Below, piece after piece: positions 39,484 through 52,641 of a stretch of DNA of 64,000 bases; position 1 is the first letter of the stretch; each line of letters begins with the position of its first letter. This DNA is from Balanoglossus misakiensis (Eukaryota > Animalia > Hemichordata), in contig CM082582.2 in the NCBI GenBank assembly GCA_040954595.2, positions 12,545,777 through 12,609,776 of the forward strand. Reading direction: 5' to 3'. The translations under genes and the position numbers were made by a program. A model generated the notes under the pieces. That model was not told the origin of the DNA, did not search any database, and was given only the letters and a program-made list of their open reading frames with translations.

Positions 39484-42400
39484 ATGGCTGCAGACAGCAC
39501 GAAGTTCTACGACACCATTGTCGTTGGGGCGGGCATGAGTGGTAAGAGAACACACTATGATCACCTGACATATGCTGGAATCATGATGTTCAGGTCCATC
39601 AATTTGTCTGCTTGTCTGTCTGTCATGCCTGTCTGGTATGGAGTACACATATACGTGTGGATTATTGTAGGGTCAAAGTGGGACTCATGAGCCAGTCGTG
39701 AATTTTACTGCTTTGATATTTTACCCAAATAATTACTCCGTGCATGTGAATATTATAGGATTGTCTGCCGCCAAAGTTTTACACGAAGCAGGTCATGAAG
39801 TCTTGGTCCTGGAAGCAAGGGAACGGGTTGGTGGTCGGCTTTATACAGTGAAGGTAAAGCTCAGACTGACCAGAGTTCTTTAAAGATTTTGCAGTTGCCC
39901 CGCACCCGTGTTGAGATTTCCATGGTGGTAACACTTACACTTTGAGCAATATTGTAGAGAACTTTGAACTGAACAACAGCAATATTTTTGTCAAACTGAC
40001 GTTTATGAGTTTATGGTGATTCACAATCGTTTGCTACCATTGTGGCGACCGGATCTTCCTGTTTTGCATTCACTGCGGTAACAGGTGCCAAAACCTCACG
40101 TGGATATGTGAAAACATTCTGACAGCTGTATTTTAATGTCTGTGCCACTTTCAGTCGCTGAATAGAGAATAACTGATTATTATTTTTCGTTTATCAGGAT
40201 CCAGCTTTTCAGTATTCCGACATGGGTGGCGCGTACGTCGGACCGACACAGAACAGAATCTTTCGACTCGCCAAAGAGTTTGGGGTGGAAAACTACAAAA
40301 TTAACATGAAGGAGAGGACGATCGTGGTTTTAGCGGTAAGCTCGAAAGTTTTTATATTCGGGACGCGTTGATCACTACATAAAATAGGCGCTACACCTTT
40401 GATATTATACATTGGATACCGTTTTTTTCACGCTAACATATCGCTTCTTTCATCATTATTCCAGGGAACGAAATGGGTTTACAGGGGAAATATCCCGCCT
40501 GTGTACAATCCTATCGTGGCTTTGGATTTGAACAACCTGCTTAGGAAGATGGACGAAATGTGCGAAACTGCAAGTATCCGATAACCTTTCTCTAAATAAA
40601 TTCTGCATTTATGGCAAAATTCAAAAATGAAGATTATTTTGTAAAATCTGTGTTCTCTCCAGATACCAAGATCGGCGCCATGGAAATGTCCTAATGCAAA
40701 TGAATGGGACAGCATAACAGTCAAGGAATGGCTGGATAAAGTCTGTTGGACCAGTGCGGCGAAAAATACCGGTGTTGTTATTGTACGTGCTGTGTACGCC
40801 GCGGAACCCGAAGAGATTTCACTCTTGTTTTTCTTGTGGTATTTGAAATCAGGCAATGGTTAGTAACTGAGAGATGTCATTTCAAAGAGAGGGGAGGGAG
40901 GGAGGGGTAGCGAGAGAGGTGTAAATGATTTGGTAATTTCCAGTTATGTAATGCGTAACGATTGAGCCCGTCTTGACAGCGAACCTGGTTCAAGTTTTAG
41001 ACGAATTCCGATTTTCACTTTCACGATATTTCAATTTTCAGGGGTCTTAAGAGTTACGCAGACCGAAGATGGGGCACAGGTAGGACCATACAATGCACTA
41101 AATTTTGCATGCACGATTCCGATTATGATTTTGGCTGACTTTGTTTGCATTATAAAATGTTTGTTGTCGTATAGACCCATTGTCATGCACTCACAAAACT
41201 ATTTTACAGGAGAGAAAATTCACTGGAGGAAGTCAACAAATCTGTGAGAAAATTGTGGATGTCATTGGTTCAGGTAACAGTCAGCGCAGAATCAATTTCG
41301 TGACCCTGAGTACATCAAGTGAAGTCCGTCCACTTTGCTCAGTGACATCTGAGTTACTTCCGGGATCACAGCGAGGTCTTTATCATCAACGATGACTGTT
41401 GTGATTTTAAGTGAACATGCGTAAAAGCACTATTTTATCGCGTATTATTTTTGCTTCAATTCTAGACACAGTTGTCTATAAAAGCCCGGTGATAAAGATC
41501 GAGCAAACTGATCACGGTGTAACGGTTGGCACAGCTGATGGGAAAGTCTATAAGGTATACTTTCACTCTAAAATAATTTTCTCAGCATAACCTTTCTCTG
41601 ACTTTCTGACTGCACGACTGATACGATAGCCTTTGCTTTCACTTTGTGGCGCATTTGACAATTTTTTTCATTTCACAGTCAAAATATGTTATCAGCGCCC
41701 TCTCTCCGGCTCTACTGGGACGGATCGCCTTCTCTCCCCCGCTCTCATCTTACAAAACACAACTTATTCAGAGATTCCCGATGGGTTCCGTCGTCAAGAC
41801 TGTGCTTTTCTACGAGAGGCCATTTTGGAGAGAACGAGGCAAGTATTTGATAAACAATGCAAGAGTCAGTTAAATTGACGTCGTTAATAACTTGCAGTCG
41901 TATATTTTGTGATGGTTGTAGACACATCTTCTCAGGCACAAGCTCGTCATCCGGGTCGTATTTTGCTTCAGGTCATTGCGGCATGGCAGCAACAGACAGT
42001 CTTGTAGCAGGCGCATTTGATGATACAAAACCAGACGGTTCCCATCCCGCAATTATGGGGTAAGCGAAGCATGCGCAATGCGTGCGCATTCATCATGGCG
42101 GCGCTTGCGGCCCGTAAAATCTCTACAATAATGATAGTGGTGGTGATGTTTAGCCATGAGACAGTGTAATGGTGGAAAATTAAAAACCATGCCCAATTTC
42201 ACGATTGATATGTGTTCAAAATATTAGCATACCTTTAAGATTGATTTTACATTGTTCGATGTGGAAATCTAAAGCTACATTTCGTCGTTCATGATATTTT
42301 CTTTGTTTCTCTCAACAGTCTGGTAACTGGCAAATATGCACGGGAAATGTCCCTTTTGACAAAGGAAGAACGGTAGGTAAATTCACTAACCAACAATTAT

Positions 42401-43752
42401 TGTTCATTTGACATTGTGTCACTTCAATGTTTCAAATAACCAACCTGAGCGTTGCTTAATGCTCGATATTTATTTATTTCAGGAAAAGGAAACTTTGTGA
42501 ATTTTATGCAGGTGTATTTGAAAACGACGAGGCTCTACGCGTAAGTTTTGGAACACGTTAAAATATGTTACGTGTAGATTTTGACGAGGTGAACACTGTC
42601 GGTAGTAATATATAAGTGTTGTGTTTGACATTTTGAAAAACGGAATTTTAAAATTCATGTTTACACTCACGTTGCGTTTTGCACCATGATTGCATAATAT
42701 TTTACAGCCAATCAACTACATTGATCATGATTGGTTGGCCGAGGAGTTCTCAGGTGGTTGCTATGTTGGCGTGATGCCGCCAGGTGTACTGACCCAGTTT
42801 GGAAGGTAAAACTGAATTGCACAGTGAAATCGATATGTTATGTAATCTTATGTCATGTTATGTTATGTCACATGTTTCGGAATGAATACTGTACTATACG
42901 GTTAAAGTTTTTGTGAAATCTCAAATTCTAAATGTAACTTTGAACCCTTCATTATGTGTTTTTTATTTCAATGATAACTATTGCAGTGTGCTGCGGGAAC
43001 CCCATGGCAAGATATACTTTGCTGGCACAGAAACAGCCAATGAGTGGGCTGGATACATGGATGGCGCTGTTCAGGCTGGAGAACGGGCAGCCAGAGAGGT
43101 AGTTACTTTGGTAGTTACCATGGAAAATTCAAATATAGCCAATCACAGACTATCACACACGAAAAAAGTGCGCTACAACATAGTTATTCGAAGCCTTGGT
43201 TACTTTGGCCACTGTGCATGTATGTAAACTAGAGGTATTGGTTTTGCAGGTACTTCATGTTGATGGTAAGATTTCAGCAGACGAGATCTGGCAAGAAGAA
43301 CCCGAATCACTGGTAAGCTGTAAGCGTCTTGGTAGAATATTCTGCTGTCTTATCGAAATATAATATCAAAGATACAAACCAGCAGTGCAAAGAAATTGAT
43401 GATAAATTATCTAGACAAGGGTTGATCTGTCAATTGATATTCCCGTGTCCTGCTGCAGTCTGCCCCTGAACAGTGTCACGTGGATCATTCTCAGCTGGGG
43501 CGTGACGTCACAAAGATCAATAATTTTGTCACGGATTTTTCATTATAGGATGTACCCGCAGTTCCTCTGACAATCACCAAGGTAGAGAAGATCCTACCTT
43601 CCGTGCCGGCTTTCCTCAACTTCATGATATCGTCATCGATTCTCCTGGCCGGAGTCATCGTCGTGGTCAACAATCCAGGGATTCTCGGTGTCTTGAAAGA
43701 TGTCTTTGGCAACGTAGCTGGCGCTGTGATGAACATCATCGAGACAGGTTAA
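39484..43752 (+). CDS. MAO: Flavin-containing monoamine oxidase, 16 coding exons, about 539 aa
   Basis: Exons 39484-39541, 39759-39853, 40198-40335, 40465-40569, 40663-40858, 41042-41079, 41210-41273, 41466-41554, 41679-41838, 41972-42059, 42319-42372, 42483-42540, 42708-42805, 42987-43098, 43250-43312, 43549-43752 (1620 nt; two GC donors). [28 protein letters not shown] (covalent FAD Cys), [16 protein letters not shown]-terminal hydrophobic anchor. Confidence 0.93.
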
Positions 43753-44965
43753 AACACACATGCGTTTCCCTATGACATAGTCACCTATATTCTGTTAAGC
43801 TTTGTGTATTGTTAAATGAGAATCAAAGTCAATGTAACCGTGTAATATATGTGTTATATAATTGGCCGCTCTTTTAACGATGCGCGTATGTTGTGATGAT
43901 ATAGTTAGAAGTGGACTGACCTTTCATTATGTACTTATTGACAGAATTGGGCTTGATAAACGTTTTGCAAAGCTTCCTTCCACACATGTTCGCCACCAAT
44001 CTAGGTCTGGTTTCAGGTCTTAATTGATTAAGTACGAAACCGGAGTCACCCAATTGCACTGTGATGCACTGCACTGTACTGTACTGTGCTATCTTGTTCT
44101 GCACTTGAGTCTTCCAATGAATCATTACTCACCCACATCGCACAATCTTACAACAAATCCAAGTTGTTCTGATATATCGCTACTTTATTCAATTATACAT
44201 GTATTTCACGGTCTTTTCTCTCTCAAAAAATATTAACTGTAAATACAAGTTGCACATTCACCACATATATAAAATATCAAATTCCACCAGACCCACTTCC
44301 AGTCCGCAACATTTAGCACCTCATGTGCTGATTGCGTAGCATGCAGGGCAGTGCATGGCAGTACAGTGACTAAAAAATCATTATTACCTATTTCATCATA
44401 AACATCAACTAAATCAATAAACATTTCCTTTTCGTGTGTAAATAACATAGAATCCTATATTGCTGCCATATACAACTTAATAAGTTAATGTCACTCGGAA
44501 CTTATCTGTTTACACTTAACGACGATAAATGATTTCAAAAGTCCATTTGAAAATATCTAAAACGTATTCACATATAATCAAAAATTTAAATACTTTTATA
44601 ATTATTTTGTGAACAGAAACACTACAGTGGTACGTGTGGATTAACCCTTGTCTCCAAAAGACTTAAACTAACTCAATATACTAATAAGGTATATTAACAC
44701 GGTAACATTACACTTAAAGCTGTCACACAATCATAGCAGTTAGGGGCAAAAATTCAAGCCACCGTCGCGACTACAAGGCGAGTTGCTTTTGTACGAAAGC
44801 CTTAACACTGTCAGACAAGGCATTTGTAACAAAAGGCAACGGAACAACGTCATAAAGTTTCAAACATGACTCGGAAAATTAAACGGCAGCATATTTTGAT
44901 CTTTCTGAAGTCAAGTTTATTTTTGGCAATTTGGTGTGAATGCAGAGAAAATTCAAAGAACTTTC

Positions 44966-47900
44966 CTAAATGATCGTGCAGGGGTATTCTCCACAACATG
45001 GCCGACCTTTCCCAACTGGTTCTGGTTGGATCAAACGCATTTTCAATCCAAAGTAGCTATCGTCGAGTGCTGGCGCCGTTTCCACGAAGGAAGTTCGACT
45101 GCGACTCTTGGTGAAGTATTCTGCGACCAGGGGGCGTTTCTGGTCAGCCCAGGTCTCCTCCAGTCCCATGTCGTAAAGAGCCCGCAGTGTCGTTGACATG
45201 TAGATGTCGGCAGCTGTGAACTTATCACCACACAGCCATGTCACTTTACCTGAAATATTTGAGAGATTTCATGTCGGTTTAGCATGTGTCGTGGTTTATA
45301 ATATCTCCAGGAGCACATGCAATTTACCGTCTTCACTATCCGCCATGATCGTTGATAATTTGCATAAATGAATAATAGCCTAGTCCAGGTGCCATGGAAT
45401 TGTCGCATAAATTCCTTCGTGTTTATTGTGTGCTTTTACCTTGATCATCTTTACGTCTCTTCAGTTCCATTTCAAGCTTAGTGAGCACGTCATTGCACAG
45501 TGGAAGAGCGACCCCTATCGTCGTCTCGTCCGGCATCAGGCTGACACCTTCCGCCTTTCCTTTGATGTCGTCATACACAGTTTTCATGTCTGGATGCTCT
45601 GCTGCCAGCTTGTCACATGTCGATGGAGCGTTCTCGTGAAACTCTGCACATTTAACCAATACAATACATGAAATACCACACAATACAATACAATACAATA
45701 CAATACAATAGGTTTATGAATATTATGCTCACTTGAAACAAAAACTATTTCCGTACCTTTCACTAAATCGCGAAAGAGTGATGTTGGATAACTCTTTTTC
45801 ATCTGGTATTTCTCAAATTCTGGATGTTTAGGTATTGCCAAGGCAAGGGTTTCAATGTCTATCTTTTCCGCTATTTTGATGAAGTATTCGCACGTCTTGC
45901 CCTCTGCGGTGGAAGCATCCGGGAAAAGTTGTATTTCTGTGAATGAATGCGAGAATAAATTTAATTTGATTAAAATTTTGTATGAAAAACACCGGTTTCG
46001 CAAACTTTCAGTTACGTATAGCAGAGCTGTTACCAAACCTTACTTTTAGGAGGTCATGATTTTTGAAATTCTTTAAATTTGACACTTCATTCCCAGAACA
46101 TTGCACTTACTTCCGGCGAACGCATCGTCAATGTATCGCACGATGTCATCCGGGTCTGTCAATATCTTGGCTCCGTGACGTAGCGCGGGTAACTTTGTGT
46201 CCGGGTTGATTTTCACGAACCATTCAGAGAGATTCTCCAGAGCTGAAACATCCATACAACGTTGTCTATAGCGGATACATTTTTCATACAATGCGATGCG
46301 TACCTGTGGGTTAAAAGAGGAAATATTGTTTATTACATGTAATCATATGGATTCAAGTTGGGTTCATGTATTTAATGTACGTCATAATGGACAAATATGA
46401 CCCCCATCTTTTCATTCTTTACAGAGTTAGGGATGACGTCAAACGTTCTGACCACCCATAGCTAAGTTACATTTGCGGGCCTATCGATCATTGACATTTA
46501 AAACCGAACGTGAAAATAGGGCAAATAGTCAATAAACATTGCGCACAACACAAATTGTATCTATTTTCGTCGTCGTTGACTCTCAACACCTTGACACGAG
46601 AAACTGAAATATGCAGCGTCACCCTTACCCCTTTTATTTGTAAACAACTGCACATAAACTTAATGATGGAAATAAATAACGAGGTTATAATCGTTTTAAT
46701 TCATGAAATTCTATTTGTATTTACTAGTACTTCGCGCTGGCCCGATAAAGGGATGAGTTATAACAAAATAAACTATAAATAGGCATTGCGAAACAGGTCA
46801 AAAAATACTGTTCTGTACAACCACGACATTGGCGTATTCAGGTAAACAATCCAAGGACTGATAAAGGCTGGTAGAAGCTCAATATAGCGTACCGTGAAAA
46901 TAATTGGAAACGGCGCGTAAAATACGAAGCGAAAGACATTGTCGAGTTCTCATATATCATAGGTATAAAGCCCAGACAGGTGATCTAGTATCCTCCCCTG
47001 CAAAGGACTGAGTGATAGCCTGGTATTTCGTGATGAAACTGTGTTCATAACATGTTACCCGTAACTCGGTGTGTTTCAAATTAAAATAACTTTGGGCACG
47101 GCCCTTTCTGGTTTATGCGTTAAGAGTGATTGTGTGTATATAGGCTTCAGCAAATTTGAACTGCATGCACGCAGAAATTTGCCGGTATGATATCATCCAC
47201 GTAAGTTTTTTCAAAAATATGTTCTTGGCCGACAAAGGTGCGGCTTGATCTAGAAAAAAACTTCAAGTAGGAAGATCTGTTGTTAACTTTTTGCCCAGAT
47301 CACCTCAGAGGTCCTGGTTTCAAAATATGTATACGTAAACGAGCCTGCCAATATCGCTAGGGTGGGGTCGGAATAAAGTTGCCAAAAATATAAATAGGAT
47401 TGTATTTTAAAAGTAATTACAGATTACGTCGTGCATAAGCTTAAATATTTGCGGGGAGTTTCTATAGCACGAACACGCCTTTGAGATGTTTCACCGTAAT
47501 AGTCGTGGTAATGTACTTTTGGAACTTGGCAGTATTTGTACGTCCCCCAGTGACGTTCGCATTACATTGAAATGCACGATGCACTGTTTTTGCTAGTGAA
47601 ATACCAGAGCTCAACCGGGCATGTCCGCCTCGTTGCGGTAAAGCGTTATATTTACATGACAAAAGTTTGACTCAAAAGGATGGAGGTGAAATTGCATGAA
47701 AACAATTGAGTGAATCGGATGAGCAGGCAGTGACATAAATCGCTCGACTCTAATTGTTCCAAAGGAGAGAAACCTCAATTGAATGGGTTACAAACCAATG
47801 AAGTTAAAGACTGAACATCTCGTGTATAATAGGTATGCATATTTTAAAGCTTCCTTGTTAGAAACCCTCCTGCTCAGTGATGGGCGCATTTGTTCCCGTC

Positions 47901-48338
47901 TACTATGCTATGAACCTGTCTCTATACCAGGGCCAATTAACTGTACCTGCGTCATGAAAAATGATGAGGTCAGTTTAGCAGACCAACCATCAACATATGA
48001 CGGTTAAATGCACGCAGGGGTCTGTCCCCGGTGCGTGGTGTTCCCGGTACCTGCCAATTCTACTGTCTTCCTACTCTACTAATAATTTTACGGTATAAAG
48101 AACATAAAAATCGTGCGGGTGAAGTTAATAAGCTTGACTGTGTGAAACAAATCACTCAGTCAAGGCCCACGTTTTACGGATCCCGAGTGTCAGGTGGGCG
48201 TGGTTGGAAAGTGTAAAAGTGTTTTTTGTGTGCAGTACACGGGTGAGATCGCTGTCCAAGTGAAACAAAAACCACACGTAATCTTACCCTGTGACTTTTG
48301 ACGGATTTCTCCGAATAGTAAAGAATTGGCTCCGACAT
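44966..48338 (-). CDS. GDAP1: GDAP1-like GST-fold protein, paralog A (ends in CaaX CTII), 5 exons, about 303 aa
   Basis: Exons 48338-48288, 46303-46111, 45936-45757, 45643-45440, 45249-44966. MSEPILYYSEKSVKSHR/VRIALYEK, WFVKINP..KLPAL, WLCGDKFTAADI; 193-nt exon 2 shared by all four copies. Confidence 0.85.
45681..45710. repeat. (CAATA)6 microsatellite
   Basis: Six perfect CAATA units in GDAP1-A intron 3. Confidence 0.9.
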
Positions 48339-49257
48339 TCTTCAATCGTGACTTGTCTTTGGCGATTACTCGCTACACACTCCAGTAACAACAGCGTGAT
48401 TATCGTAGTGCAGTTTGTTTTGAAGCGCTTATATACTCTGACAGTTCAGTACTGGCACCTTTTTGTCTTTGCGGGATACCTGTCACAACAGCGCCGAATC
48501 AACCGAGTACTGCCCCTGGACGGTGCACCCAGGAGAATCATCAATGATAGCAGGACCACGTGATCGTCAAACACCAACCAGATGAGGGTGACAAGTTTCG
48601 GCAGGATCTGAATCAAGCGTTATTGTGATATATATATTCTATGACGTTGTGGAAAGCTTTAATGTCAAACAAAAGGACAACCCAGCATACGTAACAGTAT
48701 ATAAGTCGGATGAAACCTGGTAATTGTTAAAGCTAAGCTAACTCTCGTTGGCTGTTTTTCTCAGCAGTGGTTACTTCTCCACGCATGCTTTGAAGTATCA
48801 TAATGATATTCTACCCAAACCAGAAATAGACTAAGTCGCGAATGGCTGTGTAAAAGAGACACGTGACCAGACAAAAGTGCAAACTGATGAAGCATGGGCG
48901 TAACCGAAAGTGGTGATGCTTACAGAGTGATATGTGTTTTTTTTATTAGGAATTATATTCTCTGTAAATTGACAAAATATTAATAAGTAAACACATTACA
49001 GAAATAGAATCTGGGGCATCGGCTCCTGTTTGCCAAAGCGGTCAACCCCAGGTGGAAACAAATTAATATTCTCGTGGTGCAACGCCCTCCTGCGGCAGAT
49101 TTAGAAAATCCTACAGATCTGTTTGCCTGACCTCATCCTCCGAGGTCGTTGGTATCGCGGAATCGTGTTACAAATGCAGGGCAATAGGAATTTAATAATA
49201 ATATCAACAGCGAAGTACGGCGAGCCATTGAAGTGACAACTACCGGGCACAAATACC

Positions 49258-51350
49258 ATGGCTGTACATGAAGGAGACGATGTTTTACTGTACTACGAGG
49301 CAAATTCGTACCTCTGCCACCGGGTAAGTCTCTGTTTGCTGTGACCGAGAACAAAAGCGTTTGCGCTGCCTGGCTGCTGTTGTACTTTCGCCGGCCACGA
49401 CCGGCCTGATCTAAAGGCATGCGTTGCAGTGAAAACTAGCGGTGTCGTTGACCGGACCGGGACAAACAAGCTGTACTTCAAAAGATTTTTCAGTCGGACA
49501 TCTTCACATGGTGTATTTTTATGGCCTATGAAAGAACGTGCCCGTAAGCTTTCAGTGCTCTCAATTTTAACCAGCGACTGTGGAGGCTATATTTACCCCA
49601 ATACCATGTCAGTATACAGCTAGCGCACGTAGTCAGGTGCAAATTGGATCCAATATGCCCGAGAGAAAAAACACCAACAAATTTGACATCCTGACTTCCA
49701 TTTTGTGAATACCCTTGTGAAATTTAATCGCGACTCCCCACTTGTGAGTTGAACCACACTGCCATGACAGTGACGTGCCGATCGAGTCAGTCATGTCTCA
49801 ATGCCACTGGAAATAGACCTTTGAAAATAAAATATAATACTCAAGCCTTGACCCTCGATTCCATCTTGAAAGCTTTAACATAACAACAGCCTCATTGTCA
49901 AGTTCATATTGGAGCACTTCTTGGTTTCAGGTTCTGGTGTCGCTGCAAGAGAAAGAGCTCAAGTATAAGAAAGTAGAAGTTGATGTTCAAAATTTACATA
50001 ATCTCTCCCCGGATTACATCAGATTGAATCCTTCGGCAGAAACGCCAACCTTGGTGCACGGCGTTGAAGTCGTTGCTGGCGCCGATAAAATACTTCACTA
50101 CCTCGATGAAGCTTTCCCCAGACGTGAGTTGACCTCTGATAGCCAGCACTAAGCTTTATTAAGGGCCAGTACAGCATGTACAGGGGAGGGCTGGGTTAAT
50201 TCGGGGAGGATGCTAATTTTATTTTCTCGCAAGGTTTTAGGTAAGGGTCGTGAATTTCGTGAATGAATCAATCGATCAATCAATCAATGAACTGTTAATA
50301 CGAACAGTGATTCTTTTTTCTGTGTATTGAATAGAATCTCAGTTATTTCCCGAGGAGGACACAAAGGAAGGCTGGAAATGTCAATATCTGCTTAAACTCG
50401 CCGCAAAGATAGATCTTGTCAAACTCACTCTTGGAGTGCCGTTCAACGTTGAACTCGCTCAGGTTGATAGTGAAAGTATAGAGACTGGTTACACCGAGCA
50501 AGATGTTGGAAACATCATTACATGTAAGTATAGTGGACCGGATGGTTTCTTGCAGCTGGTGTGTACATAATCTTTTAGTGATGATATAAAATACACAAGA
50601 ATGCAGAAGTCGAACATATACTTTTTGTGTTTGTGGGGAACTGGCAGAAATCCTGACTGGTGAAAAGAGTTCATCACCTTTGCTGACTTTGTGAATACCG
50701 ATAGAATCATGCTCAGACTTTGAAGTTTTTCTTACCCCTACACTTCAGCTTTCAGGGAAAATCTGCCAGAAAAATGTGACCAACTGGCACAAGAAAACGA
50801 AGATCTTAAAGAAGAGTACGAACACCTTAAGGAGAGAGGTTTGAATTTCCCGGAGCAAATCGACGAAGATGAACTCGACGCTGCTTTGAAAATGACAAAC
50901 GATGTCATTGCGAAATTAGAAGATGAACTCTTGACGAGAAAGATTGAAGAACCTCCAGGTAATGTACCGTTTAGTGTGCGAACCTGTGTCTTTTTCTTTT
51001 CGTAGCAAGTAAATTTGTTAGAATCGACCTTATGAAAAGTGTGAACTTCTCCGCCCTTTCTCCCAGACAAAGAATGGTGGCTAATTGGCAAAACCTTCTC
51101 GGTCGCCGACATTTACTGGGGGAGCATCCTTTGCCGATTAGAACAGATCGGATTGGCCAAGAGGTACTGGGCAGACGAGAAGCGCCTCCACGTGACGGCC
51201 TATCTGAATCGCATCAAGCAACGAGACAGCTTCTTGGAAGTCCCGAAAACAAAATTTGAAAAATTCGTCGAAAAAGTGAAACGGAAATGGCCGTGGATGA
51301 TTCCTGTGGGAGCCACAGTAGCCGGCGTTCTTGTTTTCATCATCATATGA
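49258..51350 (+). CDS. GDAP1: GDAP1-like protein, paralog B (C-terminal transmembrane tail, no distal flank), 5 exons, about 313 aa
   Basis: Exons 49258-49323, 49931-50123, 50335-50523, 50749-50958, 51067-51350. LLYYEANSYLCHR/VLVSLQEK, YIRLNP..ETPTLVHG, WLIGKTFSVADIYW; ends KRKWPWMIPVGATVAGVLVFIII. Confidence 0.88.
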
Positions 51351-51977
51351 CGTCAGCTCAAAGCTGAAAAGTTTTGCTTCTTGAGTCCGCATGCCTGTCA
51401 TGTGACAACATGCACGTGACATATTTTAGACGTGACACGTTTTTGTGTGAAAGGCGCTTTCTAGCCCCCTTGCCCCCAAATTTGTAATACACATAAGAAT
51501 AAGACCAATAGTTATTTAATAGTACGTGTTATGTTGACAACCCGAATATACTAGTATTTATTTCAGTGGGAATAGAGCAAGAAATACTAAACAGTCACAC
51601 ATCGGAAACCACTTCTCCGTTCAATCTGGTGTTATTGTGAGCTTGGGAAGATAAAGCAATAAATAGACCACAGGGTATGGACACGACACTGTCGAGGCAA
51701 ATGCGCCCCCTTCCGACGTCATTCGCCGACTGTCGATCAGCTGACGAGTGTGGAACTTGTAAATAATGCTGATCAATGCAAATTTTAGACCAAGAGATTT
51801 CAACGTTCCTGAACTTTTGTATTAGAAAAAACAAAATTGTTCAAGACCAGTTTCAAACAATTCTTTCCATCTTACACGTACTGTAAGCCTAAATGAGATG
51901 CTTGGAGCCTTGGTACTGTTTGTCTGAAATACAGGTCTATATTTACCCATAACCACTCTACCTTGTCATTGCTGTAT

Positions 51978-52005
51978 TTTGTTTGTTTGTTTGTTTGTTT
52001 GTTTG
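51978..52005. repeat. (TTTG)7 microsatellite
   Basis: Tandem TTTG units between GDAP1-B and GDAP1-C. Confidence 0.85.
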
Positions 52006-52641
52006 GAACACGATTGAACAGAAACGTAGAACCAGAGCATACGAAATATCAAGAAACCAACGTTATGTAATCATTGCAGCGTAATAAATAGGAAAGCCAC
52101 GTCTTTCTAGGTCACAACTAATCGATCGGCAGCCAGTAAAAGTGTGCCTGCCTTGTGAATAATGAGGTTGTCCAACTGGAGAGAATTGTAGCAGGCATCT
52201 GATAGGTTCAATAGTGTGTGGTGTTGTGACGAACAGATAGTGTGGCTTGGTACACGTCCACTATACTGTTTACCATTTGCACATATCGATGACATATGTT
52301 TATAATAATATATTCGAGCTGCGATAATTTATTCCTAAATGCAACACGTGTGTGTATACGCGTTGCGTGTCGTTCCCGATAGACCCCGTGGAAGAGAATT
52401 TGCATCATTCAGTATTGTCTGCGTTGGATTTATTGGTTGAAGCGAACCACAGGCATTTTCGCGTTTTATGTAGAGTTCTTTACTCCAGCGACAGTTGAAG
52501 AGACAAGCTTAACACTTGGTGACCTTTCAAGAGAGGGCAGACCAAGGAATGCAGCGTACAAAGGTCGAGGGACGTTGATGCGTGTACTGAAGCCTCGAGC
52601 CCCGAGCGAAATTTTAAAGGCAGGCTGCATTCACAGCAAAG

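Noticed and set aside
40570-41843. Possible frameshifts making MAO a pseudogene
   Set aside because: Resolved by GC-AG donors that give 105-nt and 160-nt exons and a continuous 539-aa frame.
46891-46960. Alternative first exon for GDAP1-A
   Set aside because: The ATG frame ends in the wrong phase and lacks the LY..S motif; 48338-48288 fits in phase and sequence.
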